This document shows positions 1 through 12,194 of a stretch of DNA of 64,000 nucleotides, one piece after another. Source of the stretch: Callorhinchus milii (Eukaryota); NCBI RefSeq assembly GCF_018977255.1, contig NW_024704742.1, positions 4,156,001-4,220,000 on the forward strand, in the 5' to 3' direction. Numbering within the stretch: the stretch's first letter is position 1; every line of letters begins with the position of its first letter. A program made the translations under genes and the position numbers. The notes beneath the pieces were generated by a model. The model saw only the letters and a program-made list of their open reading frames with translations, was not told where the DNA came from and made no database searches.

Positions 1-268
1 TTTTATTCCTTGACTTTACCTGATCAGATATGGCCCCCAAAATACAAAAAAAAATGACTAGCTTAAGACAGCAATTATGGGCTGAATTTATAACAAAAAA
101 GGGCCCATTATGGTACGTGTTACAGAGCACGGATTAAAATTCACACATCAAGTGTGAACATTTAAAAAAAAAAGAAAATTAATGATTTTCAGCTATGCTG
201 AAATAAATATCTTAATGTTGCTCCAATAGAAAGTAAAAGTATTTTTTGGATAAAAATGTTTTACTTAC

Positions 269-304
269 GGTTACATGATACTGTCTCCATATTTCAGGAC
301 ATGC
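269..304 (-). CDS. ZCCHC7: ZCCHC7 internal exon (36 nt), ACPEIWRQYHVT; completes knuckle 4 and carries the IWRxY motif
   Basis: Minus strand tttttttcctctag|GCATGTCCT...GTAACC|gtaagt, phase 0/0. Resembles human ZCCHC7 ACTEIWRQYHLT as recalled. Confidence 0.93.
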
Positions 305-3300
305 CTAGAGGAAAAAAAAATGTCAGCTTGAAGCAAATCGTACAAAGCTTAAAAAAATGAATGATCGGATCAAACGTACAGTCTCTGTTTTTTGCTCGAA
401 TAAAGGTTAAACCAGAAAGAATACACTTAGAAATGTAAACTTCCCCTGTTGAGGGAAACAGTTTTTCATCAAATTTTCAGACCACAACACCTTCCAAATA
501 ATAACAAGGGAATCCGGGATGATTGGCGTATAGTTAAGACTTATTACAAATGCTTCTCAGCAATAAATTCCAGATCTTGAGAAAATAGTCAGTGAATATT
601 GGCTGAAGACATTTGAAAATGTCCCTAAACTTGACTAGACGGGCAGGTAAAACCCACCGATACTCTCGGAGAGAGAGCGTTTAACAGACGTGTGTGTGTG
701 GATAACAAGCAGTATCCTTCTCAATGGACCATAACCAGTAAAATTAAAGATATTTCCCAGAAGCAATTCAAAATAGATTTTATAAATGAAATCAGTGCAC
801 TTAAATTACACGGAGAAACTGATAATTTTTGCATTTCGTTTTTTTTCTATTTTTCTGTTCCTCTTCTATTTCCAAACCCATGTAATTCTTTTCGGAGATT
901 AGAGGATTCACTATTTCTTCTTTTTAAAAAATATACTGTCTATAGCCCAGTGTGTTTTTTCCTCTCATTTTTCCTTCATGAGCCATCAAGCACATATGGA
1001 GTTACAATTTTGAATGGATTGGGATTGAGCAAAACTCAAGAGCTGTAGCTAAAAGCAAAATTTTTATTTTTATAAAAAAAAGTAAAACAAGCTGTTTGAT
1101 GTTAGTTAGTAAATCAAAATCTTTGGCTCTAACAATTCAACGACCTTTTGTATATATACAATTAGCTGTTACCAATACAATAATCAATATATGTCCATTT
1201 GCTGTACTTAACGTTGAATATCTTTGAAATTTTAAAAACATTTTAAAAAAGAGACCCAATTGCAGATTTTTTTGTATTAAAAAAATGCAGGAATAAAACT
1301 CTTCGATTTATTCCAACATTGTGAATGAAAACATATTTGACAGTTCTATAGTCTGCTAATTTTACTTTATAAATGAATCGAAAAACATTTTATTTGCAGA
1401 TTTTTTAAATAAAGGCAATTATTGAAGCAGTAATGGAAATTCAGTATTACACTACTAATTTCCATCTATTTTCAGGTATAACCCTATGTATGATTTTGAA
1501 CATCAAGAGAATGTTTCTACAGTGAGCAGCTCAAGGAATAGTTTTTTTTGTATTGACATTCAGTTTGAATGGGCAAAAGTTTTTTCTTCCTGTTTCCGAC
1601 TGGATATCATGAAACATAATAAGTGGCCATTTTGGTGTCATTTACTTCACTCTATACACACAAAGGGTGTGTGTACTGTATATACCTGTACACACATACA
1701 GTCGGTCAGTCTCATTGGTCTAAAGACACAGTTGTATGTTGTTCCATGCCAATGTCTAATAAAACAAATAGTTTTCAAAAACCCTCTGGCTATGACACTG
1801 TGGGAACCAATTAATTGTATTTTTCTTGCTGACTGTTAATTATTTTAGTGCATATTTGTGTATTCCAAGTATTTTCTCCCTGTAGTATATTACAATGTAG
1901 AATGTACATAATATTCTACAGTAATTCAACACCCCCATAGTTTAGACGATACAGGTTGCAGAAGGAAATTGATTTGCTTCACTCTGTAGTAGAGATAAAT
2001 ATTCAAAATAGAGTTTGAGAGCCAAGAAATAGGGAAGCATTTGCCCTTTAGCTTTCAATGCTACTTTCTGAATTGTCCATTTCTTCCAAGTCCATTCAGC
2101 TTGCATTTTCTGATTTTGTCTTTTTCCCTTCTGTCTCTAAAATATACTTGTGCATCATTTTGACAGGAAGTGCGCATTTCTTCTCGACAGTGCTTAAATG
2201 CATTAAACCGTCATGATGCCGGGTTGAGCCTACCCATCCTCTCCTTGTCTAATTTATCAGGTGCAAATTATGGTTTTGAAAAAAATGCAGCTTTGTTCAA
2301 CTATTGTTTAATTCCGACTTCCCTATTCTCCAACGTGAACATCAAAGAAAATAAAACTCAGTTTTTAACAGGCCCCGACAGCTGACACAGACTTGAGTGC
2401 TCAATAGACAGAGCCCTTGCCACCAGTTCTCATATTTCCACAACAATGAACAAACACAAAACACCACTAAGCGGCCTTTCCTTCTTTCAGCTATCCTTAG
2501 ACAGTTGTCTGTCTTGTACCAGAGGACCTTTATACAAAATCCTGCTGGGAACAGAACACAGGAAATCGAACCCACTGTTTTGCCATTTGCAAAAGGAAAA
2601 AAGAAAATACATATACACACACCAGATACTGTATGTATACATAACCACAAATGGGTAAATTAGCAAAAATCCCATTCTGCCAGTTGCTCTCTGGGAGAAA
2701 ATGTAGCTGTGATGACTGACAGGGCTTTCAGAAAATATGTTCACAATCACAGACAGTGAAGGCCATGACCTAGATCGTTTAAGAGCTTGTCTTGTCAAAT
2801 TATCAAAAGCTTCTTCCTTTCTGAATAAAGAGTGACATAAGTGAATGTCAGGAAACTGCACACTGACAAGCAGAGCACACAATAACAGAATGCACGTCAC
2901 ATACATGCATAACCATTGGCACTGGTAATGGCAAGTCCTAATGAGCGAGCGGCTTGCCCAGGAGACTCAGGACCCTGCTGCTGCATCCGTTCCACTCAGA
3001 GAAAGTCTTATAACAGTAACTGCTCTGTGGCCTAGCACCAGGACTACAATCATTGTAGACAACTTACATTTCTATTTTTACTGCAATCTCTAGTGTTTTG
3101 TCAGCTTTGTTTTTGTTAAAGATGCCTTTGCTGCAAACTGGAAGCGAGCTCAGTGTTGCAGCCAGAGACAAGGTCAAGCAACCGGGAAGTTAGTTCTGCA
3201 GAAACAGAAGTGTTTTTACCCCTTCTGTGCGGTCCCACACTTAATCACTCCGCGCTTTAAAATCTAGACATTTTATACGTCGAAGTGTACGTATTATCGC

Positions 3301-3612
3301 AAAGTTTTGAAATATTGCAAATGGATAAAGATTTCGGAACATCCAAAGATGTCAAGAAGAAATCTCAGCCTAGCAAAAAAATAAGAATGCTTTCAATACT
3401 GCGCGTAAAATATCGAAACAGAAGTACTTCAGTGCGAAAACAGACGAAACCAAGAACCATCAGTTAGAAAGAAATAGAACGTGCGTAAATTGATTGTTTG
3501 GTACGAGCATTTTGGGAGTTCATAAGTGTACTCATCCTTCTCATTTTAAATAGCAGGCGTGTGTGCCATTGACATGCTTTGTCTATGTTTCTTTCATGAA
3601 CAGAATACTCAC

Positions 3613-3783
3613 ATCAGAGTAGTGGCCAGCCATATCACAGCGACGACACTGTTTTTTCCAATATGCCCCTTCAATGCACTTCTGAAAACAGTGTCCAGGC
3701 ATGTTGCAGTTTGTACAATACCTCTCTGGGCAATATCTCTGAAGGTGACCTCTAACCCCACACAAACAACAGGCGGGCCATTT
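3613..3783 (-). CDS. ZCCHC7: ZCCHC7 internal exon (171 nt), KWPACCLCGVRGHLQRYCPERYCTNCNMPGHCFQKCIEGAYWKKQCRRCDMAGHYSD; knuckles 2, 3 and most of 4
   Basis: Acceptor tttttttgcag|AAATGG and donor GAT|gtgagt. Contains CX2CX4HX4C repeats and lies within ORF 3583..3876. Confidence 0.95.
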
Positions 3784-4732
3784 CTGCAAAAAAAAAAGAG
3801 CATTTAATATATATATATATATTTTTTCAAAAAGAAAGGTGTCAATGACAGAATGACGTCCCCAAAGCGGATTCACAAAACAGATTTACGGTTGTTGTGA
3901 CTTTACACAGAATCATCTTACAAAGACTAACTAATTTTTAGGCTCCAATTATTTGGGTACTTTTTTTTTGATAAATTCTCTTAATGAATTAAAAAAGGGA
4001 CAGTTATTTTCTTTCAAAAAAGCAAAAAAAAAAGCATTGAACTGATTTTCAATCACTTTCCAATACGTTTCGATATTTGTAATTTCAGAATATAAATTTG
4101 CATTTATATTTATAATTTCAGATTATAAATCTTTGCCAGGGTTTTGTACGTAATAGGCCTCATTTAAAAAATAAAAATTCAGTTTTTCCTTCAGGTTTGG
4201 GATAAATTAGCTTCTGAGGCCATGGAGTATGCTGTTGATTTGTATTATTGTCATCTTTTGCTTTATGATACTTTACATTGATTAATATGCAGAGGACAGC
4301 TACACTTCATATTTAAAATAGTTCCAGCAAATTAATACTCTCAAAAGAACAATGCAATAAAATATTAGTTAATAATCCCACAGGAAGTTTTGTAAATGAA
4401 GAGACAATTTCAATTTTGTTAACTATGGAATATCACATCCTCATAAATGTTAGGGTGGGTAATTAATTTGAAACTAAAACACTTGCCCTCCCCTCCCCCA
4501 ACAGAATTCTTCAAAGAGCACTGTTTCACTGGATATAGGATTTTAAATTTTGTTTGCATGTAGTGTACATTATTTCTACTTTGATGTAAATCGCTCAACT
4601 AGGCAAAGCATTCCATAGTACAAGTACAGGGGTAACTTGGTATCTTTTGGTTCACTGACTTACGAAAAGAATTACAGGTTATCAGAATTAGTTAAACCCA
4701 GCAAATGCATGTAGTTCCTAAGCTTAATTATA

Positions 4733-5256
4733 CAGTAAAACTCACATAAGTAGTATAGGTCGGGCCCATAACATTTAATATGACTTACGTGAAGTCCGAG
4801 TTGCAGGCAAACTGTATAAATTGTAGAAAATCTGATTTAATCAATAATCTACACAATCTGCGTCAGGGTAATTTAATGTAGCTGGTAAGTGTGCATGCAG
4901 TGATCGGTTAAGACTGCATTTCCTGTGATTCAAAATGTGTCTTGAAACGTTGGAATCGCATTGAATCGCGGGGAGTTCTTCTGCGCACGTGTTGACAGAT
5001 GAAGATTATGTTTCCCCCGATTCAATGCAGCGGTCGGTAAGTGCACATGCGTGACGGGTAAGGACGTCATTTAGGCCTCCGGTAAGCGCAGGAGTAATGG
5101 AGAGTGGGGGAGCGGTACTACGAGTTAGGAGGTGACTAATACGAGTAATGCAAAGAAGTCAAGTGGTTTTGATAGGAAACTGAATGAGACTCGGGTGAAT
5201 GTACAACTTAGGTATTTATATGATTTATAAAGATAAGACTTATTCGAGTTTTACTG
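4733..5256. mobile_element. Non-autonomous Tc1/mariner-pogo (Tigger-like) MITE, 524 bp
   Basis: Terminal inverted repeats CAGTAAAACTCACATAAGT and ACTTATTCGAGTTTTACTG, with TA on both flanks; no coding capacity. Confidence 0.8.
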
Positions 5257-6489
5257 TAGTTTTGTTCTACAACTTACCAGATATTAGTATTGCAATAATT
5301 TTTGTTTAAATCAATAGTACAGTCTAATGTAAAAAAAAACCTCTCCTTCCTGGCATCATCTGATAAAAAGTTACAGATCTGCATACTCCTAACTTGTCCT
5401 CCATCAATCAGAACTCCAGTGTGAAGAGTGGAGATCAGTGCTTATTTGTTATTATTATTATTATTATTAATATTCCTGTGAGCATTTTATATTCGAAAAA
5501 TAATTTGGCTGAAAGTAGAGGGTTTAGAATTTACCTGGGTTGAACTATGGGGGCAGCATGTTAGGGCTTCACATTCAGAATTCGCCACACAATCCTTTGT
5601 CATCTCAGCTATGTCACCCTCATTTGGCACAAAGTGAAAGAAACACTTTGGCTGATGCCCATCACCACAAATAAATGGCTCAGTGCAAAGCTATTCAAAT
5701 ACTGTGGTTACAAAAACGTGAGAAGACGTTCAAATGATTCACTTTGTGCTGATCGATGTCAAAATTCCTCGCTGAGGCCTTACACAAAGTGCTGTTGAAA
5801 TGTTAACTCTGGCACCAATTCCTGGTCCCTCTAAACTGCCAAACAATCCCCAAAAGGTTAGTCCTTTAGGAGCTCCAGAGCAACACAGCTCAATCCCAGG
5901 TTCAGGCTCGTCTGCAGCGGATATATTTGAGCTCTGGGCTGTCCCAATTCATCCTGAGTTTCATCCTCTCCTTCCTCACCCCCGTTTGCCATTGAATCAC
6001 TTCCCGCTGGTCAACCTGGGGCAGGGGTGCCCGAGGGCCTGTCGCCTCGGGGGTAACCTGTTGGGAAGGGTTGGGTTGGAATCTGCTGGCAAGAGAAATC
6101 ACGTCAGCAATTGAAGCTGCAAGCTCTTGACTGAAGTATTGATGTAATCAACCCCCTGTCAAGAGCCTCCTGTCAAGCGTGTGATGTTGCAGAGGCAACT
6201 CTATGCCTTCCCCTCGTGTACTGTAGCCACCTGGAAGGGTCTTCGGTAAAGGCAGAATGTGAAATTGAGCTCACAGGATACAAGAAGCAAAGCGCCCTGA
6301 CAGGGCAGATTTAACCCAGTGAACTTTAAATAGGGCACGGACCCACCATCGCTGGGCATAACGCAACCTCCAGATATTACATGAGCCATTCTACTCAAGC
6401 AAACACAAAAGAGGGATTGATTTCAACAGATGACGTGGAGCCTAAAGACCAGATTCCAAAATGCATTGACTTGATTCTTTACCGCTTCC

Positions 6490-6675
6490 CCACGGGGTTG
6501 TGGAATTGAGTGACCAAATTATTATTTTTTCACATAAAAAAATAGTTATTATTTTTTTTGGAAGGGATTCTTACCCTCGGAAAAGCGACCCTGCCCACAC
6601 CTACTTTACTGCTGGGCGTACAGAGAGGCGCGTGGAGTTGCGGAAACTTGCCCATCGTTTCGCCCTGCCCGAGAC
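6490..6675 (-). mobile_element. Internal fragment of tRNA/CORE SINE (SINE2-1_CM-like)
   Basis: Reverse complement matches the body of the full copies at 27454-27822 and 60468-60865. Confidence 0.75.
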
Positions 6676-6920
6676 TATCTCATGCTTTTTAAAATCAATG
6701 CCCGTGGCAGAGGTGCCCGTGGGCCAAAAATACCCGCGGAATGAATCAAAATTTTCTTTGCGACAATACAATTTGGTTTTCTCTTTGTTTTTGCGTGGGG
6801 CGTTGGGGGGGTTATTAGGGCGTGTTTTCCCTATCTTTCCTTTTGATATTTTTCCCCCCCCCCACCCCCCCACACCACCCCCTTTCTTCAGGTTGGTGTG
6901 CTCCCAGACCACTTTATCCC

Positions 6921-6939
6921 TCGCCACCAGATGGTGCCA
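6921..6939 (+). promoter_or_regulatory. Candidate CTCF site
   Basis: TCGCCACCAGATGGTGCCA fits the CCASYAGRKGGCRS core with one C>T change. Confidence 0.4.
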
Positions 6940-7667
6940 AAGGCCACCCAAGTACGATGCCCCCACTTCCCCTCCCCAAACAGAACGGACGTCAAGCTTA
7001 CATCTGCCTCTCTGTATTAAACTGGGTATCAGTGACACTCTCGCTCACTCTACGAGGGTACAGCTCTTGTTTAGAAAAAAAGGTTATTCGTAATAATGCT
7101 CCCGATACCGAAACGTTCATCGATTTTAGCTGCTCTAAGCTGCAGTGGATTTCTAAGGCGTCCTCTCCTTCGTTTGAATGCAAAGCCGATGGCTGATGCG
7201 AATTTTGATAGTTATTCGGTTGAACCTAGCCTCAGAACTGGTGTGAGGTCACAACCGCGTTGCCTTACTTTGCGAGGTTACAAAACACGTCAAAACACCA
7301 CGGAGATTGAGGAAAAATAAAACAATACAGTGGAAGCGCGGGGCTGAAGTTGTAAACTTGCCAGAGTGGGTCCCACCACTGTGTGGTGCCCTAGTCTGAA
7401 ATAATATCTGTATAACATCAGGCTGAATATGTCGACCATAATGGATAAAGGCAGATTGTGCTTTTTTTAAAAATTATATAACCACTTTTTAGTCCTCACT
7501 CTCGCATTTCCTCCTTCACCCACAGACATGAAATCGTCTGAATTGTGCCTTTTTCAGACATCACCAATGTGACACCACCACCAAAGTCTTCATTAAATGA
7601 CATTAATAATCGTGTCCTCAGACTCTACACTGTGTCTGTTTCTCAACTCAAGACACTAACTTGTACT

Positions 7668-7721
7668 GTTGCATAAACTGTCCTGTGTCAGAGTCAACTG
7701 ACACGGGACAGTTTATGCAAC
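7668..7721. repeat. Inverted repeat, 24-bp arms (23/24), 6-nt loop
   Basis: gttgcataaactgtcctgtgtcag-agtcaa-ctgacacgggacagtttatgcaac. Confidence 0.9.
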
Positions 7722-8090
7722 TCGCACTCGCAAGCGAGAGGAACCTGGGTTTGATTCCGGGCAGGGGGCGAAACATTGGGCAACTTTGTTTACTCCACAC
7801 GCCTCCGTTTACCTAGCAGTAAGTAAGAACCCGGATGTCAGTTGATTGGCAGATTCCTTTTCCAGGGGTAATAAACCCTTCAAAACAAAAAATAAATTTG
7901 AAAAAATAATAATTTGATCATTCAATCCACGACTGTTTGTGGGACGCTGCTGTGCGTAATTGGCTGTTGAGTTTCGCCCACAAACACACAGTCAATTCAC
8001 TTTACAGCATATCCTGTGAAGCGCTTTGAGACGTCTTGAAGACGTGATAAGGCGCTATATCAGATGCAAGAATTATTATTCTTATTCTTA
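7722..8090 (+). mobile_element. tRNA/CORE SINE, truncated within the head
   Basis: Partial tRNA head with B-box-like ggtttgattcc, body, and tail gtgaagcgctttgagacgtc...ggcgctatatcagatgcaag ending in (ATT)n. Confidence 0.9.
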
Positions 8091-8829
8091 TCCACTGCAG
8101 ACAACCAAGTTCAAATGCTGGTAGAGGCTGAGATTAAACATTGGGTTTCCTGTGCTGTAGCACAATGCTCTGTTGTTGAACAAATTGAGCAATTGTGTTT
8201 GTAATTGTGGACTGCAGTGTGTATACAAAATTCTTGCAATACTACATTAAGTTATCAGAGGGAAGAATTAGAAGCACTGTAACCATTAAAGCCAGGCTTT
8301 ATTTGGAGCTGAAACAACCAACTTTATTTTGAACAATCTGTCAGCAGTCTGACAGGAAATTTGCAATATGTGATACGAGAATCATTACCAATGACTGGCC
8401 CGGCCCATCAGAAACTTTTTATTGCGGTTGAGGAGATCGGGCATTTCACGCTTCTTCACTTGATAGTGAATAAATAATTCCCAAACTAAAAAAAAAGATA
8501 AAAAGGCAATCTTGCGACTAAGACTTCAAAAACACCAATGTAAATTGTGTAAAATCCAAGAAAGAGTGGAATCGGCAAAACCGATTGCAAACGATGTCCC
8601 TTGCAATAGTTATCACGAGTGAGAATTTATTAAGACTGCAAATCACAACATTTTCCTCCACGGTTTCCTAAAATCATGGTTTTAAGACACAAGGTGAGTG
8701 TTTTCCGAATGAAAATAACAATCATTTACACCGAACATATTATTACACCAGCCGAGAATCTCCCAACTGGCCAAACACTTGTTGTGTGTTTTATGTGAAG
8801 AAAAGACTTTGTCGACTGAAGCACATTAC

Positions 8830-8949
8830 CTTCGGTGATGGGCAGTTTAGGGTCAAATGCCCCCGCTTGTTACAATTCCTGCAATGCACATTTTGATTCT
8901 CCACATAGTATCTCTGGATGTTCCGTCTAAATCTGTTGGTAACCTGTGA
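8830..8949 (-). CDS. ZCCHC7: ZCCHC7 internal exon (120 nt), SQVTNRFRRNIQRYYVENQNVHCRNCNKRGHLTLNCPSPK; knuckle 1
   Basis: Acceptor tttgttccag|TCACAG and donor AAG|gtaatg, phase 0/0. QRYY...CRNCxKRGHL pattern typical of ZCCHC7. Confidence 0.93.
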
Positions 8950-10257
8950 CTGGAACAAATCATAACACGTTGGTCCTACAGCACAGCATCGCAGAAAACA
9001 AGTGTTCTAAAGTATATCACTCATAGGATGAAAACATTAAACAGCCTGCACGTGAATTCTGCAAAGTTACTTGAAAAGGGAATTGTCTTCAGTCTGGAAA
9101 ATGCCGGCAATCTGAAAATGACCTCATTTAATTTTGAACAGTAACCCAACACTAATTGTAGAATTTATGTTCTTTTCAGCTCCCGTCAAGTGCTTGCTGT
9201 GTGTGGTGTCTCACTGTTTTCAGTGTTTGCTAATCCCCTATCCAGCTGTCTCTACCCGTTTTAAGTTTGTATGTCTAATTGTCGGCCCTTTCTTTTCTTC
9301 CTTTTGCTGCTTCACCTCACTTCCTTTGTCCACTTCCTCTGCTGTTTTGGATAGATATTAGGTTTCCATCTTTTGCTTCTCCGTTCCACCTTTTATTAAA
9401 TTAGTTTCATCCACTACCACAAGTTCTTACCCTTATTCTTACCGTTCTTAATTTTTCCCAAGAGGAGAATAGCATAAAGGACGCCGAAAAAGGAAATGAA
9501 AGAGAAAGCGAGGACTGACAGAAAACGACGGATCCCCCCGCACCTCCACAAAAATGATAACAAGAAGAAGAAATTTACGTATACGATACAAACAAACAAA
9601 AGTAGAAAAGAACAGCGGACAATTAAATAGCCGGGGAGGAAGCAACATCTGAGATGTGAGGAGAAAACAGTCAAATACATTGTTTTTATATAATATATTA
9701 TATAATGCTCTGACATAGTGTGGTGTTCAGTGTTCACACTTGTTCCCAAGTACAGTATGCTGCTTACATTTGAAAAACAAGCATGAAGAGCAATAACATT
9801 TCTAAACCAGGTTACAATAGTTCACTGCTATAGCTGGAAAACTGCACTCCTTACTTGCATATGCTGTGGTGGAATTGCGATAACACGTTCCACTAAACCT
9901 GGCAAAAATCCAACCCTATTTTTTCAAAACATATTTTTATAACCTTGAGCAACACAACAATATTTCCCTCATCAAATTGTTAAATTGTTTGGTTTAATGT
10001 ACTTTTTCCCCAAATATATTTAAGACTGTTTCGTTTCCCCCAAAGAATAATGTTATATGATCAAACTGCTGGTTATAAACTTGCAAACTACAAACCGGTC
10101 AGGTGAATAGGAGAGTGTGTAGGGATAAACACAAAAGTACAACTCCTGTTTTACCAACAGCATTACCAACAGAATTCTATTACAAATGCAAAATATAGAA
10201 AAAGTATCATTAAGCACAAAATTCTATCCTTAATGTGCTCATTTCCAAGTTTCTTAC

Positions 10258-10295
10258 CTGCAAGTCTTTATCACAGATTGACCACTGAACAGCAT
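10258..10295 (-). CDS. ZCCHC7: ZCCHC7 internal exon (38 nt), (D)AVQWSICDKDLQ
   Basis: Acceptor tatttttcag|AT and donor CAG|gtaag, phase 1/0. Resembles the human WSISDKDIE segment as recalled and joins the next exon in frame. Confidence 0.88.
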
Positions 10296-12060
10296 CTGAA
10301 AAATATAACATTTATTTAGAAACAATTGTTCAAGTTAAATCTTGAATGTATATTTTTGAAAACATATTGGTAGCTCATATATCAAAATGTAAACAGTTGT
10401 GACTCGGTTTCTATAGGTGGCCAAACTTTGGTTCATATTACTGTCTCAGTAAAGAATTTGATGATAAATTCTCCAAATGGTCTGTCATCTGAGGTGTCTT
10501 TATACACAATATACACCGTACTAGTTTGCTGATTGATTTGCAACACAAGTTATGTTTAATCACAGAAACATGATAACCTGACACTCTTATACCAGAGGCC
10601 AGGCATATTGATTTAAGAGATTAACAAAAAAAGATTTTTTTTAATGAACATAAAACAGCGTAATTAAGAAAAGTACCTTCTCCGCAAAGGAATGAAAGGA
10701 GAACTAGCTTATCGGAATTTTACAAAAAAATCATCTGTGTATGACTTTTCATAGAATCGAAGGCACATAATTCCGATTTTATTTGCTATTTCTGTTATTT
10801 TATTTTAGGGTCCATTTAAGATAATATTTTACAATGTGATATAAATACTGCCATTGCTGAAAAGCTAGTTTTGCGTGCAAAGGAATAAGTGTAAAAGCTC
10901 CACTTTCTAGATCACACCTCTATACAGTAATGTAACCACAGATACAGTAGTATATTTAATGAATCAGGTTTCTGTTGCCTAGTCTGCCTTTGGGAATTAG
11001 CTCTGCATTGAGTATACAATTTAGTGCAGATTTAAGTATTAACAGTTCCAAAAGGTAACATAAATCTGAGTCTAAAAATCACGAAAATGACATTTCCTGA
11101 ACCATTCAGCCTATTTTTATAAAATCACTTTTTTAAATAATGAATTCCGCTCTCTAGCTCTTGCCCCCAAATTCCTTAATATTTACAGAAAAATAGAAAC
11201 AACGAAAAGTACAATATAACTTCTGCTGTCAGCGTTTCCGGTGGAAACAAAAACTGCAGGAATATTGGGGGGGGAGAGGGGGGAGAATCAAAGTGCTCAA
11301 CACTCCAAATATATATGTGATTTATTGTAAAAAAAAAATGTTGCAGTGAAGAGCGGTAAAGAATGTGTGGCTATAGCTGCCATTATTAGTCACAATAAAG
11401 CCCGTGATGCTAAATACAAGTAGAAATTTATTTCAGAATTATTATCTGCTCAATCAATATAAGTTGTCAACAGTACCATGTATCAAACATGGACTATTAT
11501 AGCGACAGCTTTGCCACCGGGCTGGATGGAGTAAACTGTTCGGAGGGTAAAATAATACCAGACATTGCCAAACACAAGAGTGCACAATGATTGAAATTCA
11601 GATACAAATGAATTTCTACGAGTTCCAAGCAAATATTTGATCCATTTCACCCCGGTTGTACAAATGCATCAAAAATGAATATGTATGATGTGATGACCAA
11701 TTTTGTGTTTAAAGTGCTCTGTGAATTAAATCTGACATCCACCTGTATTTATTTTTATGTTTATTTAAAACAGAATTTTATAAATGTGCAAATGGGTTTG
11801 AATACTGTACAGTTGTTTGTTTTGAAAAAAAATCCTGTCGAGATTCTTTCTCCTATTTTCTTTTGCTACGGAACTTATCCATGATATGAGATTTTATTAT
11901 TCTCGTTGCAAATCCAAATTTTCACAAGTGAAGGAGAAAGACTGAAGAGAAAACACCACGTAAAATCCTTATTTTAGACTCAGTTAAAAAAAAATTGGAT
12001 TCCTTAATCCCTGCCACAAGTACAAAACCTAACATATCTATAAAACATGTTCATTTAATT

Positions 12061-12194
12061 CATGTCTGTTTGTGGGCATTGCTGTATGCAAACTGGCCGC
12101 TGCCTTCACCTAGAAAATATACAGGCTTTACAGTAAATTTTGTAAAGTGTTTTGAGATGCCCCTGGATATGGGAGGCACTATATATCAAATGCA
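12061..12194 (+). mobile_element. Diverged SINE 3' fragment
   Basis: ctgtttgtgggcattgctgtatgcaaactggc...atatcaaatgcaa. Confidence 0.7.

Noticed and set aside
2709..2725. Box C/D snoRNA motifs (gtgatga...ctga), also near 15410
   Set aside because: The boxes are adjacent, with no guide region or terminal stem, and lie antisense to the host gene.
6500..7093. Longest ORF (197 aa) as a gene
   Set aside because: It begins inside an antisense SINE fragment, crosses a poly-C tract and has no domain signature.
3613..8949. Zinc-knuckle exons as retroviral Gag nucleocapsid
   Set aside because: The knuckles are split by canonical spliceosomal introns and followed by the Air1/ZCCHC7 IWRxY motif.
9414..9749. 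Hydrophobic minus-strand ORF as a membrane protein or extra ZCCHC7 exon
   Set aside because: It reflects T-rich composition; the flanking true exons already join in frame.
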